A stretch of DNA of 64,000 bases from an uncultured virus (IMG/VR IMGVR_UViG_3300009126_000274) (taxonomy: Duplodnaviria > Heunggongvirae > Uroviricota > Caudoviricetes). Below are positions 28,946-39,171 of the stretch, piece after piece. The translations under genes were made by a program, and so were the position numbers. Every line of letters starts with the position of its first letter. Position 1 is the stretch's first letter. Location: the IMG/VR virus record IMGVR_UViG_3300009126_000274, positions 1 to 64,000 of that record; one strand, given 5' to 3'. The notes under the pieces were generated by a model that made no database searches, was not told the origin of the DNA, and saw nothing but the letters and a program-made list of their open reading frames with translations.

Positions 28946-29561
28946 TTACAAATTTAACTCCTTCAAAATAACTATAATCTTCTTCATAAAAATTCATTAC
29001 TGAATCAACTGTTTCTTCCCATGTCTTATGCAGTAAAAAATTCTCTGGCATACGGTTTAATTTATATTTTAACCAGTCATAAGCTTTCTCATGATCTTCA
29101 TCTACGTAGGCAAATCCTAATTTTTGTTTATACTCTAAAACTCCTGGCTCATGCCACAATTCAGGTTGACTAATAGGATTGATTCTTTTATGACGCCGTA
29201 ACCAATACCTATACATCTTCTCGCCTATTAATATTTCTTCTACGACATTTCTGTTATAAAGATAAACTCTTGCTAACTTCACGTCTATCATACTTACACA
29301 ATCTTTCTGAAAGGTAAAGTGAGGGTCTTCAAAACTTTCAGGAATATCATCTGAACCGCTGTCCACAACCATATTAATTGCACTCATCCAACGACTAAAT
29401 GGATCTCTATATATTAAGAAACATTTATGAGAATCTGTTAGTCCTGCATTACCTATCTCATGGTCTTCCATTACATATTTCATGGTCTGTGAAGCATTTT
29501 TATATATCCATAAAAAATGCTTGTCATAGTGAGGCGAATAGTATGTATTACCATTCATCAT
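28932..29561 (-). CDS. Sulfotransferase family 2-like protein
   Basis: FLWIYKNASQT (5'-PSB), IYRDPFSRWMSA (3'-PB), DPHFTFQ, FYEEDY. Confidence 0.7.
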   Translation of the reverse strand: MMNGNTYYSPHYDKHFLWIYKNASQTMKYVMEDHEIGNAGLTDSHKCFLIYRDPFSRWMSAINMVVDSGSDDIPESFEDPHFTFQKDCVSMIDVKLARVYLYNRNVVEEILIGEKMYRYWLRRHKRINPISQPELWHEPGVLEYKQKLGFAYVDEDHEKAYDWLKYKLNRMPENFLLHKTWEETVDSVMNFYEEDYSYFEGVKFVNANT

Positions 29562-31357
29562 TAACCCTCACAAGCTAGACATTCACCATCAGCCACGTCT
29601 CTCATATCTAATTCCTGTATTATCTCTCTTTCTATTCGTTTAGAAACTTTATCTGCCTTTCCTAACTTCTCTGAACGGCAATAATATAACGTTTTAATAC
29701 CTGACTTCCATGCTAAAAAGTGAACAGCATGTAGATATGCTATATTTGCGTCAGGCCTGAAGAAAAGATTTAAAGATTGTGCTTGATCTATGTACTCTTG
29801 TCTATCTGCGCCATGTTCAATTAACCATCGTTGATCTATTTCCATAGATGTTTTAAATAAGCTCTTCTGTTCGTCAGATAATATTTTTAAGTGTTGTACA
29901 GAACCATCGTTGCTTATGATCGACGACCAAATATCGTCATAATTCGTTCTCGGATGTTTTTCACAATACTCTGTGATGATTGCATCCAGGTATTTATTTT
30001 TGTTGAGGTATGCACCCGATAAGGTATCTTGCCTGTAAGCATTAGCTCTAAACGGTTCAATAGATGGCGAAGTGTTCCCCATAATAATACTACTGGAAGC
30101 ATTAGGAGCAATAGCCATAACATGGCTAAAACGAACCCCTCTTCCTTTAGCATCTGGAGCCTCTCCTCTTTCTTTCCCGAGCCTTTTGTTTGCTTCATCT
30201 AATTTTCCTCTAATGTATCTAAATATTCTCAAGTTGGCACCACGTGCTTGTGCACTTTCCCATGCAATACCATTCTTTTGAAGGTAGGCATGAAATCCTA
30301 AAGCTCCAACCCCTATGCTCCTTTCACGACTAGCAGAGTATTGTGCTCTTCTAACCTGTGAGGGTGCGTTATCTATAAAATATTGCAAGACATTATCTAA
30401 CATCTCTGCAACATCGTCTAAAAATTTTGGATCTCGAACCCAGGCTGCGTAATGCTCTAGGTTCACAGACGATAAACAACATACTGCTGTCCTTTTTTCG
30501 TCTGTTGGTAAAATAATCTCTGAACAGAGATTACTCTGATTAATTCTTAACCCTAATTCCTTTTGGAATTCAGGCATCTGTCTATTACTTGTATCTATAA
30601 AATGTAGGTATGGTTCCCCTGTTTCCATTCTAAGTTCTAGTATCCTTTGCCATAATCCTCTGGCTGATACTGTTTCTGTTACTGCTCCTGAATGTGGGTC
30701 TGTCAAATTCCAGCCATCATCAGCATCATCATCTACCATACACCGTTCTATTATTTCCATAAAACGATCAGTTATATTAATTCCATGATGAAGGTTAAGA
30801 CATCTCATATTAGGATCGCCTGTTGCCTTTCTCATTTCTAAAAACATTAACACATCTGGATGGGAGATATCTAGGTATGTAGCATACGAGCCTCTTCTTG
30901 TTTTGCCCTGTCTATATGCTAAACAGGACGCATCGTATGTTTTTAGGTGGGACATAACTCCTGTTGATTTATCATCAGAACTCCTTATGCCAAATCCTAT
31001 ACCTACACCTCCACCTAACATTGACAACCAATTAGTCTCAGACAGGTTTTTTACTAATCCTTCTGCTGTGTCATCAATATAATTTAAGAAGCATGATATA
31101 GGCATACCACGATTAGAGCGTCCATAGGAAAGAATAGGAGTGCTGTATGAGAGCCAATGCTTACTGGCGTATTCATATAGTCTTTGTGCATGTTCTGGAT
31201 TGCTAGCAAACTGTGAACTTACATAAGCAAAACGTTCTTGAGGAGAGGTTTCCTCGTCCTTCATGTAACTTTCTCTTAATCTTTGTAATCCTAACTCATC
31301 AAATAGAGTATCACGATCCCTGTCAATTTGTATGCCTAAATAATCTTCCCTTGCCAC
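29561..31357 (-). CDS. nrdA: Ribonucleotide reductase class I alpha subunit (short form, no ATP cone)
   Basis: PISCFL, GGGVG, QGKTRRGS, SNLCSEI, VCCLSSVNL, APNASSS, KTLYY, C-terminal CLACEG. Confidence 0.97.
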   Translation of the reverse strand: MAREDYLGIQIDRDRDTLFDELGLQRLRESYMKDEETSPQERFAYVSSQFASNPEHAQRLYEYASKHWLSYSTPILSYGRSNRGMPISCFLNYIDDTAEGLVKNLSETNWLSMLGGGVGIGFGIRSSDDKSTGVMSHLKTYDASCLAYRQGKTRRGSYATYLDISHPDVLMFLEMRKATGDPNMRCLNLHHGINITDRFMEIIERCMVDDDADDGWNLTDPHSGAVTETVSARGLWQRILELRMETGEPYLHFIDTSNRQMPEFQKELGLRINQSNLCSEIILPTDEKRTAVCCLSSVNLEHYAAWVRDPKFLDDVAEMLDNVLQYFIDNAPSQVRRAQYSASRERSIGVGALGFHAYLQKNGIAWESAQARGANLRIFRYIRGKLDEANKRLGKERGEAPDAKGRGVRFSHVMAIAPNASSSIIMGNTSPSIEPFRANAYRQDTLSGAYLNKNKYLDAIITEYCEKHPRTNYDDIWSSIISNDGSVQHLKILSDEQKSLFKTSMEIDQRWLIEHGADRQEYIDQAQSLNLFFRPDANIAYLHAVHFLAWKSGIKTLYYCRSEKLGKADKVSKRIEREIIQELDMRDVADGECLACEG

Positions 31358-31854
31358 TCTTTTATTCCTTGTACTACTTCTTCAAATGTTTTGTCTTTAA
31401 ATGATATCCTGGCCATTACTCTTTGTTTGTCAGGATTCACCCTATGTAATATACTTGTATTCAACACCGCTGCTTCATAAGTAAATTTTCCTTCTTCATA
31501 CTCTACTGCTGTAAATTGTCCTTCTAAAATAATGTTTATTGCACACTTTACACCTTTACGATTATATTGACTTTTTGTTATTTCATTATCAACATGCCAA
31601 GGATAATCAGATTCTATCCACATATATGCAGTCGTAAACTCACCCCAATCTGTTGGGTAGTGTTCTAAAAAACTCTCTCTAAACTTTGCCAATTCAGGAG
31701 TAAAATCATTATATGGTAATGCAGTTATTACTCCATAATCCTTGCCTTTATATGTGTAAGGAATTTTATATGCTTTGTCTTTTACGTTGATTGCTTCAGT
31801 TCTAAGCTTTTCAGAGTCCCAAAAGGACTTCAGTAAAGGATAGACTGGGGTCAT
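31336..31854 (-). CDS. 2OG-Fe(II)/cupin-like oxygenase
   Basis: WHVD...CAINIIL...LNTSILHRV...R...RISF. Confidence 0.6.
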   Translation of the reverse strand: MTPVYPLLKSFWDSEKLRTEAINVKDKAYKIPYTYKGKDYGVITALPYNDFTPELAKFRESFLEHYPTDWGEFTTAYMWIESDYPWHVDNEITKSQYNRKGVKCAINIILEGQFTAVEYEEGKFTYEAAVLNTSILHRVNPDKQRVMARISFKDKTFEEVVQGIKEWQGKII

Positions 31855-32090
31855 TTCAACTTCAACTTGTTCTTCAGCTCTGCGTTCTCTGCGTTTAACT
31901 CATTAATGCGTTTATATGCGCTAGTGAGTTGGCCTTGCATAGTATTTACTTCACCTTTAAGTAGGGTAATCATGCCATTTAGGGCTTCATCTATTTGTAC
32001 TAACTTTCGTCTGTACACTTCAGCTTGTCCACCCAGGGAGATAGCATCTTCTTCAGATGTCATTGGTTTAACCATTAACACTTCCTCCAA
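31851..32090 (-). CDS. Small coiled-coil protein
   Basis: Heptad pattern; overlaps neighbours. Confidence 0.6.
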   Translation of the reverse strand: MEEVLMVKPMTSEEDAISLGGQAEVYRRKLVQIDEALNGMITLLKGEVNTMQGQLTSAYKRINELNAENAELKNKLKLK

Positions 32091-33091
32091 CTAATAAATT
32101 TAAGTTCAGCTTCCAGATTTTGGAACACATTATTACTTATAATATCTTCCATATTGACTGTCTGAACACCAGCCAACACCATTTCATTTATATCTTTTTC
32201 CAGAATGTTGTCAGGCCATATTACGACCCTTTTACCAGACTTAATATATCTGTCAACGATGTTACAGACTTCTTTATTCTTAGGCTGATTATCTACGATA
32301 ATAATACTATCCTCTGGAAGATTTAATGTTTCTATTTTATTAAACGAAGTGCCTGCGCATGCTATACAATTATCTAAAAACAAACTGTCTAAAGGTCCTT
32401 CAACAATTTTTACAGGCTTACTTTTACTTATACAATCTAATCCAAAAACTGTTGGACTATCTTCATTTATTTTAACCAATATGTACCTTAATGGTGAGTT
32501 ACCATATGATCTTAATGTGACTGCTGTTAGGATACCTTCTTCATTAAAGAATGGTATTGCCAACCTAGATTCGTCTGACTTTATCCTGTCTTTATATTTA
32601 GGATTTAACTGACATATATCTTTAATGTTCTCTATGTGATATAACCTGTGCCATTGATCTTTAGGTATCTGTCTTTGGGTACAATACTCTACTGCCATAT
32701 GACTAGCATCTAACGTATCAACTCTATCCATAAGTTTGTCAATCAATCTATCAGGAGCACCAAATTCTGGTGTCTTAAATTCAAACTCAGGTTCTTTATT
32801 GGCGCGAGGAGCTGCTACACCCTCTGAATATCTTTCCAGAATGTACTGTTTATGTAATAATGGATCTGTTATTTTTAATAACCCACCAAAGGTCTTACCG
32901 GCGTCACAATTATGACACTTGTAGAACATGTCGTTCTTTTTACGGTAAATATATCCTCGCGCCTTGTTCTTTTTCTTTGAACTGTCGCCACAGATAGGGC
33001 AACGGAAGTTAAATAGGTAATCGTCCTTACGTTTGAATCTATCAAACCGGTGTGAGATCATCATTATATATTTCAAGTCTAAGTGTAGCAT
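32075..33091 (-). CDS. gp61: DNA primase (T4 gp61)
   Basis: NFRCPICGDS.K...KARG, YKCHNC, TOPRIM VEGPLDSLFL, KDINEMVL. Confidence 0.96.
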   Translation of the reverse strand: MLHLDLKYIMMISHRFDRFKRKDDYLFNFRCPICGDSSKKKNKARGYIYRKKNDMFYKCHNCDAGKTFGGLLKITDPLLHKQYILERYSEGVAAPRANKEPEFEFKTPEFGAPDRLIDKLMDRVDTLDASHMAVEYCTQRQIPKDQWHRLYHIENIKDICQLNPKYKDRIKSDESRLAIPFFNEEGILTAVTLRSYGNSPLRYILVKINEDSPTVFGLDCISKSKPVKIVEGPLDSLFLDNCIACAGTSFNKIETLNLPEDSIIIVDNQPKNKEVCNIVDRYIKSGKRVVIWPDNILEKDINEMVLAGVQTVNMEDIISNNVFQNLEAELKFISWRKC

Positions 33092-33100
33092 ATAGTCATA

Positions 33101-33129
33101 ATTATAGTAGATCCCGAACCTGGAATCAA
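33101..33129 (-). promoter_or_regulatory. sigma70-type promoter of primase
   Basis: TTGATT-17 bp-TATAAT. Confidence 0.72.
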
Positions 33130-33158
33130 ATAGAATTATACCGTTTTGGTGTTCTTTA

Positions 33159-33617
33159 CTACTGTGCTAATAAAGACACAATCTTACCCATATTGGGGAA
33201 GAGTGCAGATCCAGCGATCAAGGCTCCTAATAAGACCCATTTCCACTTCTCAAGTTGATCTATACGTTTTTCCAGATGTGCTTGTTCTTTATCTATATGT
33301 GTGCGAAGTTTTTCAATAGCTAATAATATCTTTTCGTTATGGTCTTTTAATGAGTCGGCTGTTTCCCTGGATGCGGTTGTAATTCTAGAGTGTAACTCTT
33401 TCACTACTGCGTCTGATTCTTTTCTTCTTTCCATTCGATCTCTTTCCGATGTGTCAAGGCGTTCTTCATGCACTGCAATAGTTGCTGCTATCACCGAACT
33501 TGCCTCTCCAATTTTATCCAAAGTATTATCTAATTTACCAAGCATATGGCCTAATGAGGCGATGTCTGCTTTGATAGTAGCTATTTCTCTGTCAGTTTTA
33601 CTTGCTGCTGCTGGCAT
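33159..33617 (-). CDS. Coiled-coil protein with C-terminal TM
   Basis: AVHEERL, KELHSRITT, RID.LEKWKWVLLGALI. Confidence 0.75.
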   Translation of the reverse strand: MPAAASKTDREIATIKADIASLGHMLGKLDNTLDKIGEASSVIAATIAVHEERLDTSERDRMERRKESDAVVKELHSRITTASRETADSLKDHNEKILLAIEKLRTHIDKEQAHLEKRIDQLEKWKWVLLGALIAGSALFPNMGKIVSLLAQ

Positions 33618-34173
33618 TTTTCTTTATCTTCTTATTTATTTTCGCTTTCCGTCTAAATAAACTAGGCATTCCGATACCTGGATATGGCCATTTTGCCAAT
33701 GTTCTTACACCTGGCTCACCTCTAGGGCCTATTCCGATAGCGTCAATACCACCATGTCCTACAGCATTAGCTGCTACTTCTTCTGTAAAATAATCTTTAA
33801 ATGATATAAGATTATGCTCTAATAACTTTGCGTTCTGTTGAACGTGTTCATCGTTCATATAAAGTTCTAACAATGTTGCTACATCTTCAAAAGTGTCTTG
33901 TTCTTCATACTCCCTCATCAGTGCTAACGCTGAGGCAAAAGATAATAATCTTTTACCCTGATAGTTAGCTGAATGATTAAGAGCATGTTGTACTTTATAT
34001 ACGAATTTCTGAAGCATTGAATACATGTTTAACTCTTGTGTTCCTGATGGTTCACGAAGTTTCTTTCCTGTCTTATCTACAATGCCTGCTTTAAACGCTT
34101 CCGACTTTTCAATCGGTGTGGCCATCATCTTTAAGATTCTTAATGCTACTATTGCGTCTAATGCTCTGGACAT
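33598..34173 (-). CDS. Conserved T4-like hypothetical (possible head-associated) protein
   Basis: AFKAGIVDK.GK; SFKDYFTEEVAANAVG; GEPGV. Confidence 0.75.
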   Translation of the reverse strand: MSRALDAIVALRILKMMATPIEKSEAFKAGIVDKTGKKLREPSGTQELNMYSMLQKFVYKVQHALNHSANYQGKRLLSFASALALMREYEEQDTFEDVATLLELYMNDEHVQQNAKLLEHNLISFKDYFTEEVAANAVGHGGIDAIGIGPRGEPGVRTLAKWPYPGIGMPSLFRRKAKINKKIKKNASSSK

Positions 34174-34560
34174 TTATATTTTCCTTAAAACTTCTATTAA
34201 CTCATCATTCAATGGAACATCTGTTTCTATATTCTTTGGTAGGTTAGCGGAATAAACTACTTCCTCTGGAATCCTATCTAAAAATACTAAAAACGTTTTC
34301 AAATTACTCCAATATTTTTCCTCTAGTTTGAAAAACAACATTTCTGTCGTTGCATTTCCAAACACATTATATAAAAGAACGAGATGATTTATAATCAACC
34401 TTTCATTTGGATCGCCTGTCTTTTCATATCTGTTAAACAAGCGTTTCAAATATTTAAATCGTTTTAAATCATCTTCTAATTCCGACATTCCCGTACATGA
34501 CGGGTTGTCGTAATGTTTAATGGCAAAAATCAAAAAATTATCATTATTTAGTTCAGTCAT
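34174..34560 (-). CDS. Conserved T4-like hypothetical protein
   Basis: NFLIFAIKHYDNP.C...E.EDDLKRFKY.KRL...LIINH...LYNVFG. Confidence 0.8.
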   Translation of the reverse strand: MTELNNDNFLIFAIKHYDNPSCTGMSELEDDLKRFKYLKRLFNRYEKTGDPNERLIINHLVLLYNVFGNATTEMLFFKLEEKYWSNLKTFLVFLDRIPEEVVYSANLPKNIETDVPLNDELIEVLRKI

Positions 34561-34562
34561 TA

Positions 34563-35009
34563 TTAAGCCACGGTTGCTGTCCCTCCAATGAAGTACCATT
34601 TTGCTAACCCTGTATCATATAATAATGTGGCTGAGTGTCCAGCCTGGCTAAAAGATATACTATTAGCCGTATTTGAATTTGCTAAGGTTACTGTATGGCC
34701 ACCGGCATTGGAAGACATTATAATAATTTTTATCTGTCCATCCGATCCAGCAGCTAGAGTACATTCTCCTGCTGCTGAAACATCATTGATCCATGTAACA
34801 TTAGTGGTTAATTGTATAGCTGCTGCTGCAGTAATTGTATCGTGATCTCCTATTGAAATCTTATCATTAAATACTGCGGGAGTTGCTATGTTTCCAAATA
34901 ATGCTGCATTTGTAAGTGATTTAGAGTCTGTACCCTGAACCAAATACAATTTATCGGCAGCGGCTGCATTTGTTGCAGCCGTAAGATCTGATACTTTACT
35001 ATCTGCCAT
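34563..35009 (-). CDS. Probable virion structural protein
   Basis: MADSKVSDLTAAT start; TLAAGSDGQIKII; A/G/T-rich beta sequence. Confidence 0.7.
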   Translation of the reverse strand: MADSKVSDLTAATNAAAADKLYLVQGTDSKSLTNAALFGNIATPAVFNDKISIGDHDTITAAAAIQLTTNVTWINDVSAAGECTLAAGSDGQIKIIIMSSNAGGHTVTLANSNTANSISFSQAGHSATLLYDTGLAKWYFIGGTATVA

Positions 35010-35021
35010 TAGTAACTCCTA

Positions 35022-35606
35022 TTACGCTACGACTGTTATTGTACCAGCTGCTGTACCTATACTTGCTGCACTTGTGATAGTGGAAGCTGTGTTAGTTCCA
35101 TTATCTTTAATTGTGCCTGAATTTAATGCAAGTGGATTGGCTCCAAAGCTTAATACGTCATTGGCGTTTGTAGCTGCGTTTGCTGCTGCAATAACAAGTG
35201 AGAACACTAATTCATTGGTACCTGTACCACTAGCGTATGATAATACATGTGGTCCACGGCCTGAACCAGAACCTTGGTTACCATTGGTAACTGATAGTTG
35301 TGGTGTTCCTGTTACTGCTACTTCTTCATTGAATCTTACTCTAGCTGAAAGCGTAAAGCCTGCTGACTTATCTGCTGCTGTTGTAATCCATTCAATTTCT
35401 GTTATATCTGCTGCTCCAAGATTAGTTGTTAGAGAAGACATGGCTACTAGAACTTCTGGATCAGCGCCTGTACGGCCATTTCCTGTCATAGTAGATCCTG
35501 CTTCAACTACCCAACCTTGAGTGCTAGCATATACTTCTTTTTTCTGAGCAGTTGTTAACCATTTAGGCTTACTTTCATCTGCGTCTGTTGCTCCCCAATT
35601 TGGCAT
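35022..35606 (-). CDS. Probable virion structural protein with Ig-like domain
   Basis: MPNWG..D..ESKPKWL; V.FNE.V.VTGTP.L; YASGTGTNELVF. Confidence 0.75.
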   Translation of the reverse strand: MPNWGATDADESKPKWLTTAQKKEVYASTQGWVVEAGSTMTGNGRTGADPEVLVAMSSLTTNLGAADITEIEWITTAADKSAGFTLSARVRFNEEVAVTGTPQLSVTNGNQGSGSGRGPHVLSYASGTGTNELVFSLVIAAANAATNANDVLSFGANPLALNSGTIKDNGTNTASTITSAASIGTAAGTITVVA

Positions 35607-35616
35607 TTTTTTTCTC

Positions 35617-37575
35617 CTATTCTACGTGTTTTTTAAAATTGTCATGTGATGCATGAGCGTGATCTTGCATCTTTAGTTTATCTGCCGGCTTGTGCTTCAT
35701 ATATCTATCTAAAAATTTATGTGCATGTGCCGAACTCACTTTATGAGTCTTTCCGTCTTTAAACTTGACTCCATCGTGCTTATCACCTAATGATACTGCC
35801 TTTCTCATTTGAGCGACAATATGTTCTGGGCCTTTATTCTCAGAACCATCATGTTTACTTTTTCCAGGCTTTGGGTCCTTTTTAACAGGAGCCATTCCTC
35901 TACCCGAATCTTGTTTAATATCTCTTAAGGCATCCTGTTTGGCGCCTTCTTGGACATCGTTATATAATCTGTCTGTTTCCTTTTGAAGTTCTACATTAGG
36001 ATCTATTACTAAAGGATCAGGACTTAATACGTCTCTAACTGTTTTGTGAACATCTCTAATCGCCTGATTAGGTGTCTTAGGCAATGGATTTTCCTCTTCG
36101 CCATCTGTTTCTGTTTCTTCTCTTGTGTATGTAGTCTTTCCGCCGTATCCTGTAACTTTGCCGTCTTTGTTTTTAGAAACAAATCGTTGGCTAGATTTGA
36201 CTTTAAGCCCCATACTCTTTTCCATAGACTTGACTGCTTTTGAAGCGTCTTTTAATTTAACTGCTCCACCAATTCCACCTTCTTCTAACTCGGATTCTTT
36301 TAGTTTAAGTTTTTTCTCTGCTCTTTCCAAATTCTTCGTATCTTTAGGCCATTGAACATTGGCATTGCCAATTCTTTCTTGTTTAGCCTTCTTATAACTC
36401 TTTAAAGTCTTTGGTGAAAGTTCAGTCAAATCCTGTTCTTTAACTACCTTCTTTTTCTTAGCATAAGAAATAGTTTTCTTACTAGCTGCTTGTTTAGACA
36501 ACCAGTTAGGATCTTTTCTCTTTGCTCTACCTTCACTGCTGTCATCAAAGTATCCATGACCTAAAGCATAATCTTTAAGTCTACCTTCTTCTAAAGGATG
36601 TTCTAATTCTTCGTTGGCATGTTTTAGATGTTTCTGAGCTTCCGGATGATCTGATAGGCCTTTCTTAACCTTTTCCATTGCTTTGGCTGCTCCGGAATAA
36701 TTACCACCTTTGTATCTCTTATCAAAAGCTATACCCTTTGCCATCTTAAGATGTTTTTTGGTTATTGTTTCATCTAAATCGTTAAAAAATTCTTTTTTCT
36801 CTTCTTGAGGAATATCTCTGATGTTCTCGACGCCTTTATCTTCTAATGACTTATTAAGGTGCTCTTTGTAAGCCGCGTTAAACGCTAAAATATCTTTGGT
36901 TATTTCAGACTCTCTTACACTTGACTTCTCTTTTTCTTTTCTCAGAGACTTAGGTAGGTCTGATAAATCACGTTTCCTACGTTTAAATTTCTTATCAATT
37001 AAACCTTCTCCAAGTTTTGGCCTCTTGTCTGTTCCTTTAGTCTCTTCTACATCAGGTTTGCCTGACTGTTTAGGACCATCGGTAATTTCTGGGACTACTG
37101 AACCGCCTTGTTTAGGTGACTCTTTATCTCCCTCATGTTTGTCTGCTGGGCGATTAGCGCCTCTTGCATGTTCTTCTTTCATGTCTTCTTCCTCTGCATT
37201 AGATTGGCCGAGTCCATTTGTGTCTTTAAGTTTTTTGCCAGAAGCTTTCTTTTTGACCTTCTTGTCTCTTTTAGCTTCTTGCTCATCTTTGTTGCCATCA
37301 TATATGATGACATCTTCTTCACTTATCACGCCTGTTTCCTCGGTCTGATATTTAGTCTTTTGAGTGTGTAACCTAGCTCTATTATATGTAATGTCGTCTC
37401 CAAATTGAAACCCCATCATTGAATCGAGCAACTGTCTCAAAGCTTGTCTTTCATAAGGTGTTAAAACCTTACCCATTTTAATACTCGCCAAAGCTCTGTG
37501 TAATATGGGTAACTGTCTAGCTGGCATCATGCCTTGCCTAATCAGTCTATCTAGTCTTTGATTAATACTTTCCAC
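35617..37575 (-). CDS. Lys-rich modular late protein (probable internal head/core polyprotein)
   Basis: Basic modules separated by hydrophobic-x-E sites (LDE, LEE, VKE, LTE, LKE, VQE); late promoter upstream. Confidence 0.7.
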   Translation of the reverse strand: MESINQRLDRLIRQGMMPARQLPILHRALASIKMGKVLTPYERQALRQLLDSMMGFQFGDDITYNRARLHTQKTKYQTEETGVISEEDVIIYDGNKDEQEAKRDKKVKKKASGKKLKDTNGLGQSNAEEEDMKEEHARGANRPADKHEGDKESPKQGGSVVPEITDGPKQSGKPDVEETKGTDKRPKLGEGLIDKKFKRRKRDLSDLPKSLRKEKEKSSVRESEITKDILAFNAAYKEHLNKSLEDKGVENIRDIPQEEKKEFFNDLDETITKKHLKMAKGIAFDKRYKGGNYSGAAKAMEKVKKGLSDHPEAQKHLKHANEELEHPLEEGRLKDYALGHGYFDDSSEGRAKRKDPNWLSKQAASKKTISYAKKKKVVKEQDLTELSPKTLKSYKKAKQERIGNANVQWPKDTKNLERAEKKLKLKESELEEGGIGGAVKLKDASKAVKSMEKSMGLKVKSSQRFVSKNKDGKVTGYGGKTTYTREETETDGEEENPLPKTPNQAIRDVHKTVRDVLSPDPLVIDPNVELQKETDRLYNDVQEGAKQDALRDIKQDSGRGMAPVKKDPKPGKSKHDGSENKGPEHIVAQMRKAVSLGDKHDGVKFKDGKTHKVSSAHAHKFLDRYMKHKPADKLKMQDHAHASHDNFKKHVE

Positions 37576-37596
37576 TCATTTTCCTCTTATTACTTG

Positions 37597-37604
37597 TATT
37601 TATA
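37597..37604 (-). promoter_or_regulatory. T4-type late promoter
   Basis: TATAAATA on the minus strand upstream of 37575. Confidence 0.75.
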
Positions 37605-37615
37605 CATTCCGGCCA

Positions 37616-39160
37616 CTAGATAGCCAATTTCTTTTGTTTATACGTTTCTATAAAGTTCTTTGCATATTCACTTGGTATTGGTAACTCGCTTTGTAGTTTG
37701 GACATATCTTCCCATTTATATTGTGGATCTATTAACCAATTATGATAGCCAAATGGCAATGGTGGCTGATCAGTTCCCGTTGTGTACCACTCATGTTCCA
37801 AAAAGTTTATTACTTCATACAAATCTAGAGTATCTGATTTCCAGTTCATAAAAGATACTTCTTCCTGGAATGTGCTTTCTTCTGTTTTATATACAGTTTT
37901 ATTAGGATTTTCTTCTCTTTTCTTAAGAGCTTCATACATTTTGCCATATCTTTTTTGAGGACCATCTTTCCATGTTCTATTGCCTATAATAGTTTCTGTA
38001 AATCCGTATTTTGCTGGGTCTTTTGAAAATCTGCTTTGTTCATCGTATGGTCTTGGGTCACTAGGTATCCACAAAGGATTGATTAAAGCAGTTTGGCCTT
38101 GCCAATTATTTTCTAACCATCTTTTTGTTTCCCTTAGAGTATCTAAAGTTTCATATGGTAAACCAGCAATTAAATTTATATGTCCCTGAAAAAATCCTTG
38201 CTGCTTAGCCCAATGTTTGTAATTTAAAAGACCATCTTGTAGTTTAACAGTTTCCATGCCCTTTCCTACCGACTTTCCTGAAGGTCTATGGAAAGATTCA
38301 ATGCCATAGAATTGAGAATTTAATCCTAAATCATGTATCATTTGCCAGTCATCTGGTTTAGAAACTAATAAATCTCCTCGAATATAACCTGCCATATTAG
38401 GTTTAAAGGGTAGTTTTTTAATTTGATTAGCATATCTGTATAGCTTTTCTGTGTAATCGTTTACTGTTTCGTCTGCTATTGAGTAGTTAGTTACACCCCA
38501 TTTTTCATAATTTGTAAGTAATTCATTATATAAATTGTCCTCTGCTCTGCTGTGATCTTCTTTAATTCCTCTATGGGTTAGTGTACAGAAGTGGCAATTA
38601 AATATACAACCACGGCCAAACTCTACTGTAAGGACCTCCTGTGGCTGGATATGATCCCTATCTTCGTAATAAGTAGATAAGTCTTTTAATTGTGCTGCAG
38701 GATAATCATGTGTTGCATCTATACGACGGTAAGGATGTCCATTAAGCCACATGTGATCTGAATACTTTGGATTGCCTTTAAGAATAGCAGTTATGGCCAA
38801 TTCTCCGTAACCGTGTACCACATAATCAATTGGTAATCCTTCTACATTATATAATGATTGAGAGCCTGCTACGATTAAAACGTCAGGATATTCTTTTTTA
38901 AACCAGGGTACAAATTTATATAGATGTTTAAATCTAATTGAGAATGTAGCGCTTAGGCCTAAGAATTTTGTTTTGTTTGTTACTCGTTGGCGGGAGAACT
39001 CTTTTAACTCATCTAGAGTCCAAGAGTTTACAAAGTCTAGAACTTCTATATCCCAACCTTCTCGTCTTAAGTGTGTTGCTATTTTGTGAGCTCCTGGAGC
39101 TCTTTTGATTGAATCATAATAATAGTCAACCACACCACCCATAATAATACCGTGGTTCAT
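37616..39160 (-). CDS. B12-binding radical SAM enzyme (paralog of 13547..15172)
   Basis: IKRAPGAHKIATHLRREGWDIEVLDF; GRGCIFNCHFC; YGIESF; IAGLPYET. Confidence 0.88.
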   Translation of the reverse strand: MNHGIIMGGVVDYYYDSIKRAPGAHKIATHLRREGWDIEVLDFVNSWTLDELKEFSRQRVTNKTKFLGLSATFSIRFKHLYKFVPWFKKEYPDVLIVAGSQSLYNVEGLPIDYVVHGYGELAITAILKGNPKYSDHMWLNGHPYRRIDATHDYPAAQLKDLSTYYEDRDHIQPQEVLTVEFGRGCIFNCHFCTLTHRGIKEDHSRAEDNLYNELLTNYEKWGVTNYSIADETVNDYTEKLYRYANQIKKLPFKPNMAGYIRGDLLVSKPDDWQMIHDLGLNSQFYGIESFHRPSGKSVGKGMETVKLQDGLLNYKHWAKQQGFFQGHINLIAGLPYETLDTLRETKRWLENNWQGQTALINPLWIPSDPRPYDEQSRFSKDPAKYGFTETIIGNRTWKDGPQKRYGKMYEALKKREENPNKTVYKTEESTFQEEVSFMNWKSDTLDLYEVINFLEHEWYTTGTDQPPLPFGYHNWLIDPQYKWEDMSKLQSELPIPSEYAKNFIETYKQKKLAI

Positions 39161-39171
39161 ATTGTTATTTA

